Assembly: GCA_030265395.1 (NCBI GenBank)
Contig: JARFYF010000036.1
Span: 11,497,270-11,561,269, forward strand
Source: Rhina ancylostomus
Lineage: Eukaryota
Direction: 5' to 3'
DNA: 64,000 bases
A program made the translations under genes and the position numbers. The notes under the pieces are model-generated. The model did not search any database and was not told the origin of the DNA. It saw nothing but the letters and a program-made list of their open reading frames with translations. This document shows, piece after piece, positions 38,257 to 50,999 of this stretch; the first letter of the stretch is position 1, and each line of letters begins with the position of its first letter.

Positions 38257-40456
38257 TCTTCACACCAAACTCACATTTCTCCTTATTTAATTTCAAATTG
38301 ACATTCCTTGTCACGTCAAGCACTTGTCTCAGTTGAGTATCATGTTCCTCCTTGGTGGACCCCCAGACGACGATGTCATCCATCATGGTCTCGACACCAG
38401 GTATGCCCTCAAAAATCATGTGGATGGTTTTATGGTAGACTTCTGGTCTGGACAGGATCCCGTATGTCAGCCGAAGATAGCGATATCTTCCTTGTAGTGT
38501 GTTAAAAGTACGCAGCCTAGTCAAGCTTCATCTGCCAAAATCCAGACTATGCATCGAGCTTGCTGAACCATTTGGCACCTGAAAACAGGGACATTATCTC
38601 CTCCCATGTTGGCAATTTAAAATGCTCTCTCTTAATGGCTTTATTGAGACCTCTTGAGTCTAGATATATCCACAATGCTCCATTTTTCTTTTGCACAATG
38701 ATCAGTGAAACCAATCACCCAATCTGTTGGTTCTTCAAATTTTCTTTATGACATTCATCCATTCCATGCATGCTAGTTCTTGTTTAAGTTTATCTCCAAG
38801 TTGAAACAGAACTTTCCTGCAGGCATGGACAACAGGAGCCACTATCTCATCTATGCAAATTGTGTACACCACGTATGCATCCAAGACCCTCAAAGACATC
38901 TGCATACTCTTCCAGGAGTGTTGTGTGGTCATCTTTGGTATGTGAGCTACAATGGAAACTCTTTTCACTGGGCTGAGCTTTTCACATGCACTCAGACCTA
39001 ATATTGGCTGTACTCTTTTTTCCACAATCAGCAGCTGTGATTTTAAGTGTTGACCCTTGTGCTTAAAGATCACCATACAGCCTACCTTTACTGGAACTTT
39101 CTCTCCAGTGTAGCCTGTCACTTTTAACTTCACAGTGTAAATCTTACTCTTTACTGTGAGAGTCTTATAATCATCTATGGATAACAGATTCATCTGAGCT
39201 CCGGTGTCAAGCTTGAATGGAATTACTCTCTCATGTACAGTTACTGGAATAACCCATTCTGTTTTACCAGCAGCCATAGTCTGTACAGAATCCACGAAGA
39301 ATTCCTTCATTTTCTCATCAACTGTGTGCACCTTTCTCATGTTAGCTCCAGCTTTGCAGCACCTTGCAAAGTGATTCTTCTTCCCACAGGTATTGCAGGA
39401 CTTCCAATAAGCAGGGCACAGCTTTGGATTGTGTTTACCTCCACATCTGCTGCATTCTCTGTCTGAGCTTTCCTCTTTGCTTTGATGCACTTTTGGAAAT
39501 GCCTTGTGTGCTGCTTCTCTGCTTTCACAGCATGCACTGTTGTGTCTGCCCTGCACAACTCCTTAGCTTGTGCTCGTGTAGTTTCTGCTGACCTACACAT
39601 ATTTGCCACCTTTTCTAGGGTCAAATCTTTTTCAGGCAACAGTTTTTCTGTGAGTCCATTATCTGGAATACCACAAACTATTCTGTCTTTAACTAGTGAG
39701 TTTCTCAAATCTCCAAATTCACAAGACTTACTCAATGTGTGAAGCTCAGCTAAGTATTGGTCAAAGTTAGCACCTTGTTACAGGAAAAACATTTATCTCT
39801 CTCAAATGTGATGTTTTTTACTTGGGATAAAATACTCCTCAAATTTTTTCAAAGTGCCCAACTCAAAAGCTGTCTCATCAATTTGAAAGCAGTTATAGAT
39901 GTCCAGAGCATCTTTGCCAATCACGAGCAGAAAAATAGACGCTTTCAATTTTTCATCATTCATCACTCCACTAGCATCTAAATATATGTTGAATCGCTGT
40001 TTGAAGCATTTCCAATTATTGGTTAGATTGCCAGTAAGCTGCATAGGCGTGGGAGGACGTAGCTTATCTGTAACGGGAACTCTCAGCCTCGCACCTGAAT
40101 CACTCTTGGCAAATCCAGTGACAGCTGAACTTCAGGAACAATGTGCTCCCTCGCCATGCTGGCCAGCTCTTTCTCCGTCTTATTACAGCTTTTCTTTTGT
40201 ACTGGCTGAGTCTCTTTCTCAATTGCCCACATATTCATCTACTCTGTCTGTTCAGACCTCTCTCCAACTTCTGACACCATGTTATGTGTGTTCTTCATCA
40301 AGAGACAAACTTCGTGTGGGTTTAACATCAGAACATTTTTATTAACCAACAACAGACTGGCTTGCTTTCCCTCTCTTTTTATAGCCACTTACCCCTTGCA
40401 TTACCCACTGGGAACTGTAGTTCTTTTATATAACTGCATAATAACTCATAATAACA
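38257..40456 (-). mobile_element. Gypsy/Ty3 LTR retrotransposon 5' half (LTR, PBS, gag, protease, RT)
   Basis: 177-bp LTR at 40280-40456 (TGTTAT...ATAACA) and PBS TGGTGTCAGAAGT at 40267-40279. gag NWKCFKQRFNIYL...DRIVCGI with two zinc knuckles (CSRCGGKH...C, CNTCGKKNHFARCC), protease KLDTGAQ, RT TFNT..GRY.YLRL.YGI and MMDDIVVWG. The 3' half is lost in the gap at 38157-38256. Confidence 0.95.
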
Positions 40457-40690
40457 CACTCCCAAGATCACTTTACAGGACCCCATCCTGCCTGTGTCAT
40501 TGGTACCTATATGGGCCATGACCTCCGGCTGCTCACGCTTCCCCCTCAGAATGTCCTGTATCTGCTGCGAGACGTCCTTGACCCTGGCACCAGGGAGGCA
40601 ACGCATCATCCTGGAGTCTTGATTGCGGCTACAGAAATACCTGTCTGCACCCCTGACTATCGAATCCCCTATCACTATTATTATCACTTA
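40457..40690 (-). mobile_element. CR1 ORF1 (GDSL esterase-like) fragment
   Basis: IVIGDSIVRGADRYFC...CLPGARVKDVS...QPEVMAHIGTND. Confidence 0.88.
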
Positions 40691-42664
40691 TTTTATTAAA
40701 ATAAAACCATTTTTATTTTAACTTTTAACTTTTTGTAAAGTCTGCAGTAATAATTAAAATCCAAGGAAATAAGGCTTCACATTTGCAAAAAGTATATTCT
40801 ATGCCCAAGGGTTTGAATTAGGAACACTTGCCATATCTTTAAAAGTTCACTTCACATTTGAATGGACAAAGTCTAACTTTTCTGCTGTGTTTATTAGGTG
40901 TGTCCTGGTTAAAAATCACAGCTTCACACCACAGTATGATTTTTAATCCTAAATTTCTCAGCAAAGTACTTGTGCATCGAGGCTTGTGGGGAAACAGAAA
41001 TTGGACCATAGCTTTTCATTTCAATATTTAACTGCACGTGCTGGTGCCAGAAATTGCTGTCCAATTTGCTTTTTTAATAATGGTCAGCTACTCCATTATT
41101 ATGCACAATCCAGGGCAGTGTAGACACCATTTAACTATGAAACCATACAAGTTTAAAGCATTTAGTATGGACTTCAAAAGAATCTGTACAGAATTGCATG
41201 AAATCACTTATAAATCAAATCAAATAAAAATAGATTGCTTCATTTAAAAGCATGTTCAGTTTACCAAGAAGGGAAAAAATACTCATATAAATCATTTAAA
41301 ATTAGGTCACTGTTTCCATCACAGCTGACTGATCCCATCGCCTGAAATGATATATTGGCAAAAACTTCTGATCTACAATATGACCTAGATTTCCCATTGT
41401 GGTTTTGTGTGCTTGACTTGTATATTTGCCTGAATNNNNNNNNNNNNNNNNNNNNNNNNNNNNNNNNNNNNNNNNNNNNNNNNNNNNNNNNNNNNNNNNN
41501 NNNNNNNNNNNNNNNNNNNNNNNNNNNNNNNNNNNGGATATTTGCCTGAATTTAGGGAACCTCTCTCAGGCATTCCACCTGCACTAATAGGTGGGGTCAA
41601 TGCAGTTTAAAGGGGTAGATGCACCCTTCAGAAAATATGTCCTGGTTACAAGGAATTGCCAGTGTTGTTCACCTCTTCATTGGTCTGGCTCATTGGCAGG
41701 CATATAGTAGAAGGGATTGCAGATGATAACTGGAGGTAGTGCACTGCAAGTAATCCATCAGCCTAGTTTTACACATTTTCGGTACAGGTGTACTGTGGCA
41801 GCACTGTGCATTATCTATGCTGTAGATTGTATAGGATGTGCTGCAGCAATTCACCACAGCTTTGTCAGCATCATTGATTGGGTGGCAGAGTGCAGCAACT
41901 CGCAGAACTGCTTCCTCACAGCTCCAGCAACCTGGCTTCAATCCTGACCTCTGGTGCTGTTTGTGTGGAGTTTAGATGAGTTCTCTGTGACCCTATAGGT
42001 TTCTTCCAGGTTCCTGCCACATTTCAAAGGTGTGTTGGGGGGTAGGGAGAAACAGTGCATTTGGTGAGTTAATTGGCATTGATAAATTACCCCTGGTGTG
42101 TATGTGAATGGTAGAATCTAAGAGGTGTCGATGGAAAAGTGGGAAGAATAAAAAGTGGGTCAAGTGCAAATGGTGCTTGATGGTTGGCACAGACTTGGTA
42201 GGCCAAGGCGCCTCTTTGTGTGTGTGTGTCTATAACTCTATCTTCCAAACTCACAACATTTACCTTCTGAAATATCAAAGAAATTATCTTACAAGTATAC
42301 CACCACTGGTTAAAATTCATCTCCAAATCATCCTGAATCAAACATTCATCATGGGTTCTCCTGTTTCCATACTGGCATGATGTAGGTGCATGAGAATGGT
42401 CTTCCTGGTCACAACCGCATCCCATTCCTGGAGTCATGTACCAATCGCAGTGAGAAAACAGTTGCCGTGTTGCTGAACCTCTTCTCTCCAAAATGTCCTG
42501 GTAACCCTTAAGAAGACACAAGGCTGGGATTGCCTGCTTCAAAAAGATATCAAAGCTTTTATTTGCCTCTGATACCCAGAGATATTTGAAAACATTCTTC
42601 TGAATAATAAAAATATAAAAAAATCTAACTGCAAGATAACACTTATTTGTTAGTTTTCATAATC

Positions 42665-42980
42665 TTATTCCCAGGGTAGGAGAGTCTATAAACTGGAGCG
42701 TTTAGCTTTACAGTGAGGGGAAAGATTTAAAAGGGATCTGAGGGCCAACTTTTTCACACAGAGGGAGGTGGGTATATGGAACGAGCTGGCAGGGGAAACT
42801 ACAGAGACTGGTGTAAGTGCAACATTTAAAAGCCATTTACACAGGTACATAGATAGGAGCAGTTCAGAGGGATATGGGCCAAATGCAGGGAAATGGGACG
42901 AGCTCAAGGAGACAACCTGGTCGGCATGGATGAGTTGGGCTGAAGGGCTTGTTTCCGTGCTGTATGACTCTATAACTCAT
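42665..42980 (+). mobile_element. CR1 LINE 3' end
   Basis: FKRDLRANFFTQREVGIWNELAG...FKSHLHRYIDR, followed by the tail gggctgaagggcttgtttccgtgctgtatgactcta. Confidence 0.88.
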
Positions 42981-44439
42981 TGTAAAATGAATAAGCAATT
43001 AAGAAAGTTAAAATATAGTTAAATAAAATATAAACAACTGAACTGGTATTTTCTATGCTGGTAGCTCACTCAAATGCTGGGGATCCCAATCCTACAGGAT
43101 CCTGGCAGAGGTGAACTCCCTCAGGTAATGCTGGATAATCCCTGTATGATTGGGCTGGACTCCATATGATGTCCAGTGAGAGAGTGGGTTATCAACGTAC
43201 TATCACTCAGCTCACCCTACATTTATGACAGGGTCATACTTACTGGGAACAGTTCAGTTTGGCTCAATATTCCTTCATTACTGTTGAATCAAAATTCTGG
43301 TGCTCCCTACCTCAAAATGTTGGAAGCATCTTCACCAAATACAATATCATGATTATACCTTTGCCGGCCTAATTTTCTGTGAATTGTAATGTTTTAGCAT
43401 AATCAAGGCATAGGTAAATGCAAGTAGTCATTGTTCAAGATGCTGGCCCACCACTGGCTTATCAAGGTAAGCTAGGGCAGACACTAATGTCGGCTGTGTC
43501 AGTGACATCCATATCTCAAGATTCAGATGGACATAGATTAATTTAGCCTCCCATTCTTTGGTGGAATAATTGAGTTTCTGGCAATCCTGGAAAATTTATG
43601 AAACTCTTTTGCAGGCCTGTGACATGAAAAATGTATTCCTAAATTCTATTCTATCAAATATCAAACCACTTGACGTCAAACAAGCCGTTTAGTCACATTG
43701 GGCAAATTGTCTGCCTGAAATCAGCAGGAAACATTTGTATTACTAACTGAAGTTGTCTGTAATTGAAAGACTTTCCCAAATTTTTCACCCCTGGAGTTTC
43801 CCTTGTGTCTAGCCTTTTATCTCTCAATAGTGTTCAATTGTTTAAAATCCAACTACAGTGATCAAGAAACTTTGTGAATAAATAAATAGATTATACGTCA
43901 CATTTACAAACAATGTTTAGTAATCCAGCAGTGGTTTTTCATAAACCTTTGTGCTGGAGGATGTGTGGTGACAGAGTTATGTGATGTCTTTCATCCTGAT
44001 GACATTAAGCAACAGCCTGTGGTAGTTAGATGAACAGTGCATTGTCTCTTTGCTTTAGATCTTAGTCTCCTGTTAGGATACTATTCAATCAGACAGTGGA
44101 AAGTTCAAAGTTCAGTCTGCAGAAGAACCATTTATTCTCCATTTTGGAGACCTCAAAAGATCCAAAGCTAAACCAGTTCTCTTTCCTCCTTTGTGTATTT
44201 AATGTATTCTTCAGAACTGACTAAATCAAGAATAAGTTACTAATCTTAGCTTGCTGATCTATTTATTTTTAATGATCGTGACAACTTAATACAAGTTTTG
44301 TGGGCATTAAGAATGTGAAGAGCAGATTAGAGAATATGTTTTATTTACGCAGTTCAAATTTAACTTCTCCCCAGTCTAATACACTGGTGGCTGGAGGATG
44401 CAGTTCATGCAAGTTAACTCCAAGTACTGTCACTCAGTG

Positions 44440-44940
44440 GCTTTGCTGGCTGTTTTCAACCTGCTTTGGGAAAAAAAGAGGCAGAATACAGCTATGGTGC
44501 TATAGAAAGAGGAATTTAAAATACCTATAACCATATTGCATCAGTGTTTTCAAGATTTAAATGGCTAATGGACTAAAGCTTTTGTCAGCAAGTGCATATT
44601 AGCATTATTTGGCAATAGAGTGACCTTTATTCTATATTTTTCATATACTTTTTAGGGTTGATTTTCTTAGGATAAGTCCCAATAGCATCTGCATTAATAT
44701 TAACACTTGTCCTTTTGTTCTTGTTTTGTATAATGTAATGGAGTGTACCTTTGCATAAGTTCATTTCTCCCAAGAACTCAGCATAGAGTCTTAGTGCTAT
44801 TCTCTACTTAAATTCTTTGATAGATAGACAGTGTAGCTTTTACCCTTGGGCAGATCATTGAGTTTCTGATAAAATTCTGCTTTGCTGGCCGTTTTCAACC
44901 TGATTTGGGAAAAAAAGAGGCAGAATACAGCTCTGGTGCT
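44440..44940 (+). repeat. 62-bp direct duplication, copies 439 bp apart
   Basis: gctttgctggc[t/c]gttttcaacctg[c/a]tttgggaaaaaaagaggcagaatacagct[a/c]tggtgct at 44440-44501 and 44879-44940, 3 mismatches. Confidence 0.92.
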
Positions 44941-46900
44941 CTGCAAGTGTGACATGGTGGGATAAAATCAAGATAATATTAAAGTTACTGAAAGCAGTGA
45001 GTGTTTCTGAGAAAGAACTGTAAGCTTCAAACATCAAGAAAATGGGTTGCTTTAGGTTGTGTTAAAACTCCAATCTTCCCACTTCTAGGTTCAGTGGAGG
45101 TGAAGCATGAAGAAGGCAGCCATCCTGCTCCCAGGAGGCAGTTTATCCATTAAAAACATTTAATGAGACTGTCAGTCTGATTCCTCCTGATTTGCGGGTT
45201 TGACAGTGACTGGCTGGGTCACCCAGACACCAAGAAGCCTGGCAGCTGAAGGATAGTTTCAGGGAAAAAATAAGCACCTTTACAGCATTGCTTCCACTTG
45301 ATCCCTCAGGGTCACACTCTTGAGTTGTAGCAAGTCCCTGCACCCCATACAACAAGTGCCCTGTGGTTGGGGTCTCGTTGTATGGAGAGGAGGGACTTGA
45401 TACAGTGCTGCACGCCCTCCAAACCAGGCCTGCAATCTGCTGTGGAATCTTCCTGGCTTGACAGAAGACACGACAACACCTGGTTGACCATCATTGTTCA
45501 GAAAAATATTGGTCTTGTTGCAAAATCAAAATCTTTACAGCACAAATCCAGAGAAATCTGGACTTCCAACTTTTCTGGCTAAAACTCCTTCACAAACGAC
45601 TGCTGCCAAAGTCAGGCCCTTCATTTTTCATCACCAAAGAGCACCATCAGTGCCTCATTAGTGCTAATAATAAGTCAGCATCCAGCAGTTTCATAGTGGA
45701 TGATAAAACTTGGGAGCACTATATGTTCTGTTCATTCATTCCCACTGAATTGATCTTTGTACCACTTGGTACACAACGGTGCACAATTTTCTACTTAATT
45801 TTGTGTCTTCCACTCTATATGCCTCCATCTGAATCATTTATAAATAAACTGAAAAGCTAAGCCTCCAGTGCAGACCTCTGAGGAACACTACAAGGTCATA
45901 TTCTGCCAATTTGAGCACGTACCCATTATCCCTTCTCTCTTGCCTACCACCCAACCAATTTGCTACCCATGCCTAGGGGTCAGCTTCAGATCCATGTATT
46001 CTCATAGAATATCTATCTTGGTAGGACTTCTTTGTTCTTCAAAAGGAAAACATTCTGCACACATTAAAATCCCATCTAGCCAGCTTCACAGAATCCTTTC
46101 TGTCTTAGGATCGTCTCAGGTCAGCTTGCTGCAGGTCAACTACTTTTGGACAAAATATCTGTTGTCTTACATGCATCAAGCCTGCCTTTCAAAAGGAGCA
46201 GATCACATGTTGGGGCCAGTGTAGATAATATTGTGACATTTATGTATTCTGAGCATATGTTCCCATAGGAAGCAATTAGCAAAAGACCATACTTCTACAG
46301 TACATGGAGAATGTTTATATTTGATGTATAAAGACCAATGTATATAACCTGTCTGATTAATCAATTGATACTGGGTATCAATAATTTAATTCTGAGTAAA
46401 TATTTAGGAAGTTACTCTTGTTCATTTTTTGTGGGGGAAAGAAAAACATTTTGATAGTGAAATTGGAGTTAAACTTTTGAGGTTTAATGGAAGATTTTGT
46501 GATTGGAAGTATGATTGACAGAGTCTTATCCAGAGAAACTGTTCAGTGCTGCAAAGGGGTCAAGTACCAGGGGACATGGAAAAGAAGAGCAAGTTAGAAG
46601 CAAGGAAGGAGAACAAGAATACACAGGAGATAAGAGACATTTGGAATACTTTGCCAGAGAACTCTGAACAGTATTTCTCATATCAAGTGGATTTAGACAT
46701 TTATTAATAAATCACGGATTATCTATCAGCTAGATGTGGTGATCTGGTTTATTACTGAGTGGTGACAGGCATATGGGGGCAGATTTTGCTAGGGTGAGAG
46801 AAGTCAAGACTAAAATTGATTGGTTTTGTGGTGTGTGTGTTTTCTGGGTATTCTTGACATTCAACCAAATTCATCTGTCACATGCGAACAAATATACTTG

Positions 46901-47524
46901 TGTAGTGGCTAGCTACACTGAATAAAGACACGAGACACTTCTTTGAAGTCCAAGAGTCGAATGCACGACTAGGGTGCGCTGCCCCTTTAATAATCACAGT
47001 TCCCGTGCTGATGTCACGCGCTGGTCACATGACCTTCCCCCCGCGCGGGCTCCCCAGCCCAACGAAGAAGGAGTGACCCACACCATTTTGTATCGGGGCC
47101 TCCGATGACGCTCGCGATCGTGGGAGCCGGTTCGTGAAAGGTAAGTCGCCACATAACCACCCCGCCAACAGAACTGGCGATACTGTCGCAAAAGCCAGGA
47201 TTCAATAAACTATGACTTGGACGGCCTGCCCCTGCGTCGTGNNNNNNNNNNNNNNNNNNNNNNNNNNNNNNNNNNNNNNNNNNNNNNNNNNNNNNNNNNN
47301 NNNNNNNNNNNNNNNNNNNNNNNNNNNNNNNNNNNNNNNNNTGGGGTGCGCTACCCCTTTAATAAACACCGTTCCCATGCTGACATCACACGCGGGTCAC
47401 GTGACCTTGCCGCACATGGGCTCCCCAGCCCAACGAAGAAGGAGTGCCCCGCGCCATCTTGTATCAGGGCCTCCAACGATGCTCGTGATCGTGGGGGCCG
47501 GTTCATGAACGGTAAGTCGCCACA
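46901..47524 (-). mobile_element. LTR retrotransposon with two LTRs, interior collapsed in a gap
   Basis: 3' LTR at 46901-47153 (TGTAGTGG...CGCCACA on +), adjacent PPT-like G-rich tract on the minus strand, an ORF end RRRGRPSKS*, 100 N, then a partial second LTR at 47342-47524. 4-bp TSD CTTG at 46897-46900 and 47525-47528. Confidence 0.88.
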
Positions 47525-47830
47525 CTTGGAAACCTAAGCTCAAAGTGAGGTTGTTTCTCTTTATTCAAGGGATTCCCACAGACTACCTCTCTGGAACTTT
47601 CTGTAAACACTGTTGCAGCCTGGAGAATGGTTAGTCACATGGTACATTTCTAAAGGAAGTAACAATTATTGTTCATAACCAATATTATATTACAAGGGAA
47701 TGTAGAGCTAAGGTGAAAAATAAATTAAAAGTGCAGATCAGCTCTGATTTATTGAATGTACTAGATGATTGAACGGCCTAAACCTGTTTGCTGCAGAGAA
47801 TATTATTTTGATTCTTCAATCTGATTCTGA

Positions 47831-48193
47831 ATAAAAGCCCCAGAGAAAGAGGTTTCCCATTCTTATCAACTTAGAAAGGCCTTTGAATCTTTCTCTGAGG
47901 TTATTCTCTTGATCAGTGTACCAGAGAAGCTTCACAGAGTCATACAAAAAATTAGGATAACTACTAAGTTTTCCAGTATCCAAATCTCCATCATAATACA
48001 GTGTGGTAATTCGCAGGGAGAAAAGATATTTAAGTTCTGCAGATCTATAAAAACATAGAACCACTAAGTAGAAATGAATTAATAATTTCTTATAGCACAG
48101 CCCATTCGGTCCATTGCGAATAAACTCAGAGAAAGATTCAAAGGCCTTTCTAAGTTGATAAGAATGGGAAACCTCTTTCTCTGGGGCTTTTAT
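47831..48193. repeat. 76-bp inverted repeat with a 211-bp spacer
   Basis: 47831-47906 is the reverse complement of 48118-48193 at 75 of 76 positions. Confidence 0.97.
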
Positions 48194-50999
48194 GCCAAAG
48201 ATCAAGCATTCACCTACACTCATTCTCAAACTTCCATCATGTCCCTCCAATTCTACCACTCGTGGGCTAGGTACAATATACATTGGCCAATTAAGCCACT
48301 AATTTGCACACCTCTGACATGTGTGAAGGAACCAGAGTACCAGGAGGAAACCCACACAGTCACAGAGAGAACATGAAAATTCCACACAGACAGCTCCAAA
48401 GGTCAGGGTTAAACCCAGGTTACTGGAGCTGCAGCTTCACCACTGTATAATACCTTATTAGCATAACGGAGTTGTATAATTTAAAAAGATGAAGGGCTCT
48501 GGGGAAAGAACTTAAGATTCTGATAGTACATTTAAAGCATCTGCATATGTACCACTAGATAAACAGCTTCCTCTTAATTTTTCAAACATTATTTATACAG
48601 CACAGTTATAGGTCCTTCTGGCCCAACAGGTCCGTGCTGCCCATTTAAACCCATGTTAACCTACCCTAATGTCTTTGGAATGTGGGAGGAAACCAGAGTG
48701 CCCGGAGGAAACCCACACAGATGCGGGGAGAAGGTACAATCTCCTTACAGACAGCGGCAGGAATTGAACCTCGATTGCTGGAACTGTAATAGCATCATGC
48801 TAACCGCTATGCTACCGTGTTGCCCCCTGTGCTTTAAAGAATTCATGTGCTTCAGTGAAACATGGTGATTCTACATCTCGTATTTTTTAAGACTGAACTC
48901 AGAGCAAGATGCTTGTTTGTGCTAATATGGCGAGCAAGAACTTTGTTGAGTTTGAAATGTTGTTACCCTGAAATAATTTTGAATTAGTTTGCATACCCAC
49001 CATGGTCCACCAGGAGTTTGCAGTAAGCAAGAGAGAGGCAAGAGAGGTCTGATTGTCTTGGGTCTGTTCCAAATTGATTATTCAGTTCTTATAGTCAAAG
49101 GCAGCATTATTATGACTAGGAAGAAATGTTTTGGTTACTTCTTTGATAAACCCCTTGAAATTGCAACATGAAATAGTCCATGCTCAAAACCCTTTATAAC
49201 AAATCTGTGTGTGGTGTGATATTAAACTTTAAAATCCAGCAGCTGTAACTAAAGATATCTAAATGAAGAAATCACATGCACAGTGTTTTCTTATTACTTC
49301 TTCTTTTGGAACCAGCCTTCTGCATTATACTGTTTTAAGGAAGGTATGTGAAGAAGTTACAATATATTCATCCTATTATGATGCTCTTCTGGCAGCTTTT
49401 CACTGAATTTCCATGAGCTATAATTTGCATGAGAATGTAAAGCATAATCACTCTCTGCATAGGCAGAAAAGAGTTGGTCTTGTAAAAGTATATCACATCA
49501 TATCTATTGATTCCTATTGGTGAGTTTAGGAATGAGAGCAAAATATTAATAGCTCTACATGCCATTGTTCATACATCAGATAAACTGGGATCCTATTAGG
49601 GTCATAAACAACATATTGCTGAAATGCACTGGTATGTGGGCTTCATATATGTCCCATTGAAATCACAAAAAAGATTTGCATGTATGTAGTGCATCATATT
49701 ACCTCAAAATATCCTCAATTATTCTACAGTGCAATATGGCATTCCTGCAGTGCCACACTGAAATGCCAGCAGGGATTTCATTACGTTTTTGCACAGAGGC
49801 AAAGATGTGACCACTGAGTCACATCTAACGCAGGGTCTAATTGGTATGTTCTCCTAAGGTTAATGTGAATCTGATTGCCCTCATGCAGGTTTGGAGGTCC
49901 ATTAGAAGGAAATCGGAAAATGACAAGTGTGTGTTGAGTGTAGTATGGAAACTTGCATACAAGGCACTTCAAGTTGATGATACAAAACAATCAAATATAC
50001 AGATAAATGCTATGCCAATGATTACTGTCCTTGGAGAGCTGAGCAATTTACATTCAAGTATTAGAGTGACTTGCATAGAAGTTTATTTTGATAGACTGGA
50101 TAGCCAGTGAGTTAATGTGCTTCACCTCTGAGACTGGATTTCAAATCTCTGCCTACTCATTATAAGAACTCTGAATGAAATAGTTTGGATAATCCCAGCT
50201 GAGTTTCATGAGGTCTTGGCGGTATAGGGCTCTCATAATTATATGCTGATTTGAAATGCATTGACAGTCTTGCTCGTGGAGTATTTCATGTGAGGAAGGG
50301 AAAACATTGCCTTGTTATACAGAGCTCACTATTCTGAAATCAGGAATGAAAGCATATTGAGCAGAAGTGAAAGCTAACACGACGACTACCATTTGGTAGC
50401 CAAAATTAAAAGTTAATAATCACCTAATACTGCTAACAAACAAGTGATAGAAAGACATATTTATAGAGCATCTTTCAGAATCTCAGGGCATTCTGAAATA
50501 TAGTCACTGTTATAGTATGATTTCCAAAGTGCCCACAACTTTAAAAACAAACTGCATATTGCCAAACAGTAACAAATTTATAGTGATTTTAATTCTGATT
50601 AACTGATTTTCTTTTCATTATTGTTAACTTATGAGATGTTTACATTAACTTATATTATTGTTAATTTATACCTCAGATAGCATTTATTGTCCATCTGTAG
50701 TTTCCTCTGAATTGAAGAGATTGTTAAGAATCACCCATGTTAGTGAGTCTAGAGTTGCATAGAAAACAGACGGGCAAGAATGGCATTTATATCATTAGGG
50801 GGGCTTTTATGGAAATCCAGCAGTTTCAAGGTTACCACAAGCTCTTTAATTCCAGATTCATTTAATCACGTGGTGAGATTCAAGATCTTTGGATGCCACT
50901 TAACCACTGGGCTCCAGTCTCCACGTGAAGAAAATGATCAATTCAAACCATTCAAGTTATGATGCAACTTAGGTTGCAATCAGCAGTTAATTGGAAACC

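Noticed and set aside
47816-48283. 155-aa minus-strand ORF across the inverted repeat
   Set aside because: It has no domain-like content and is built from SINE sequence and the inverted duplication.
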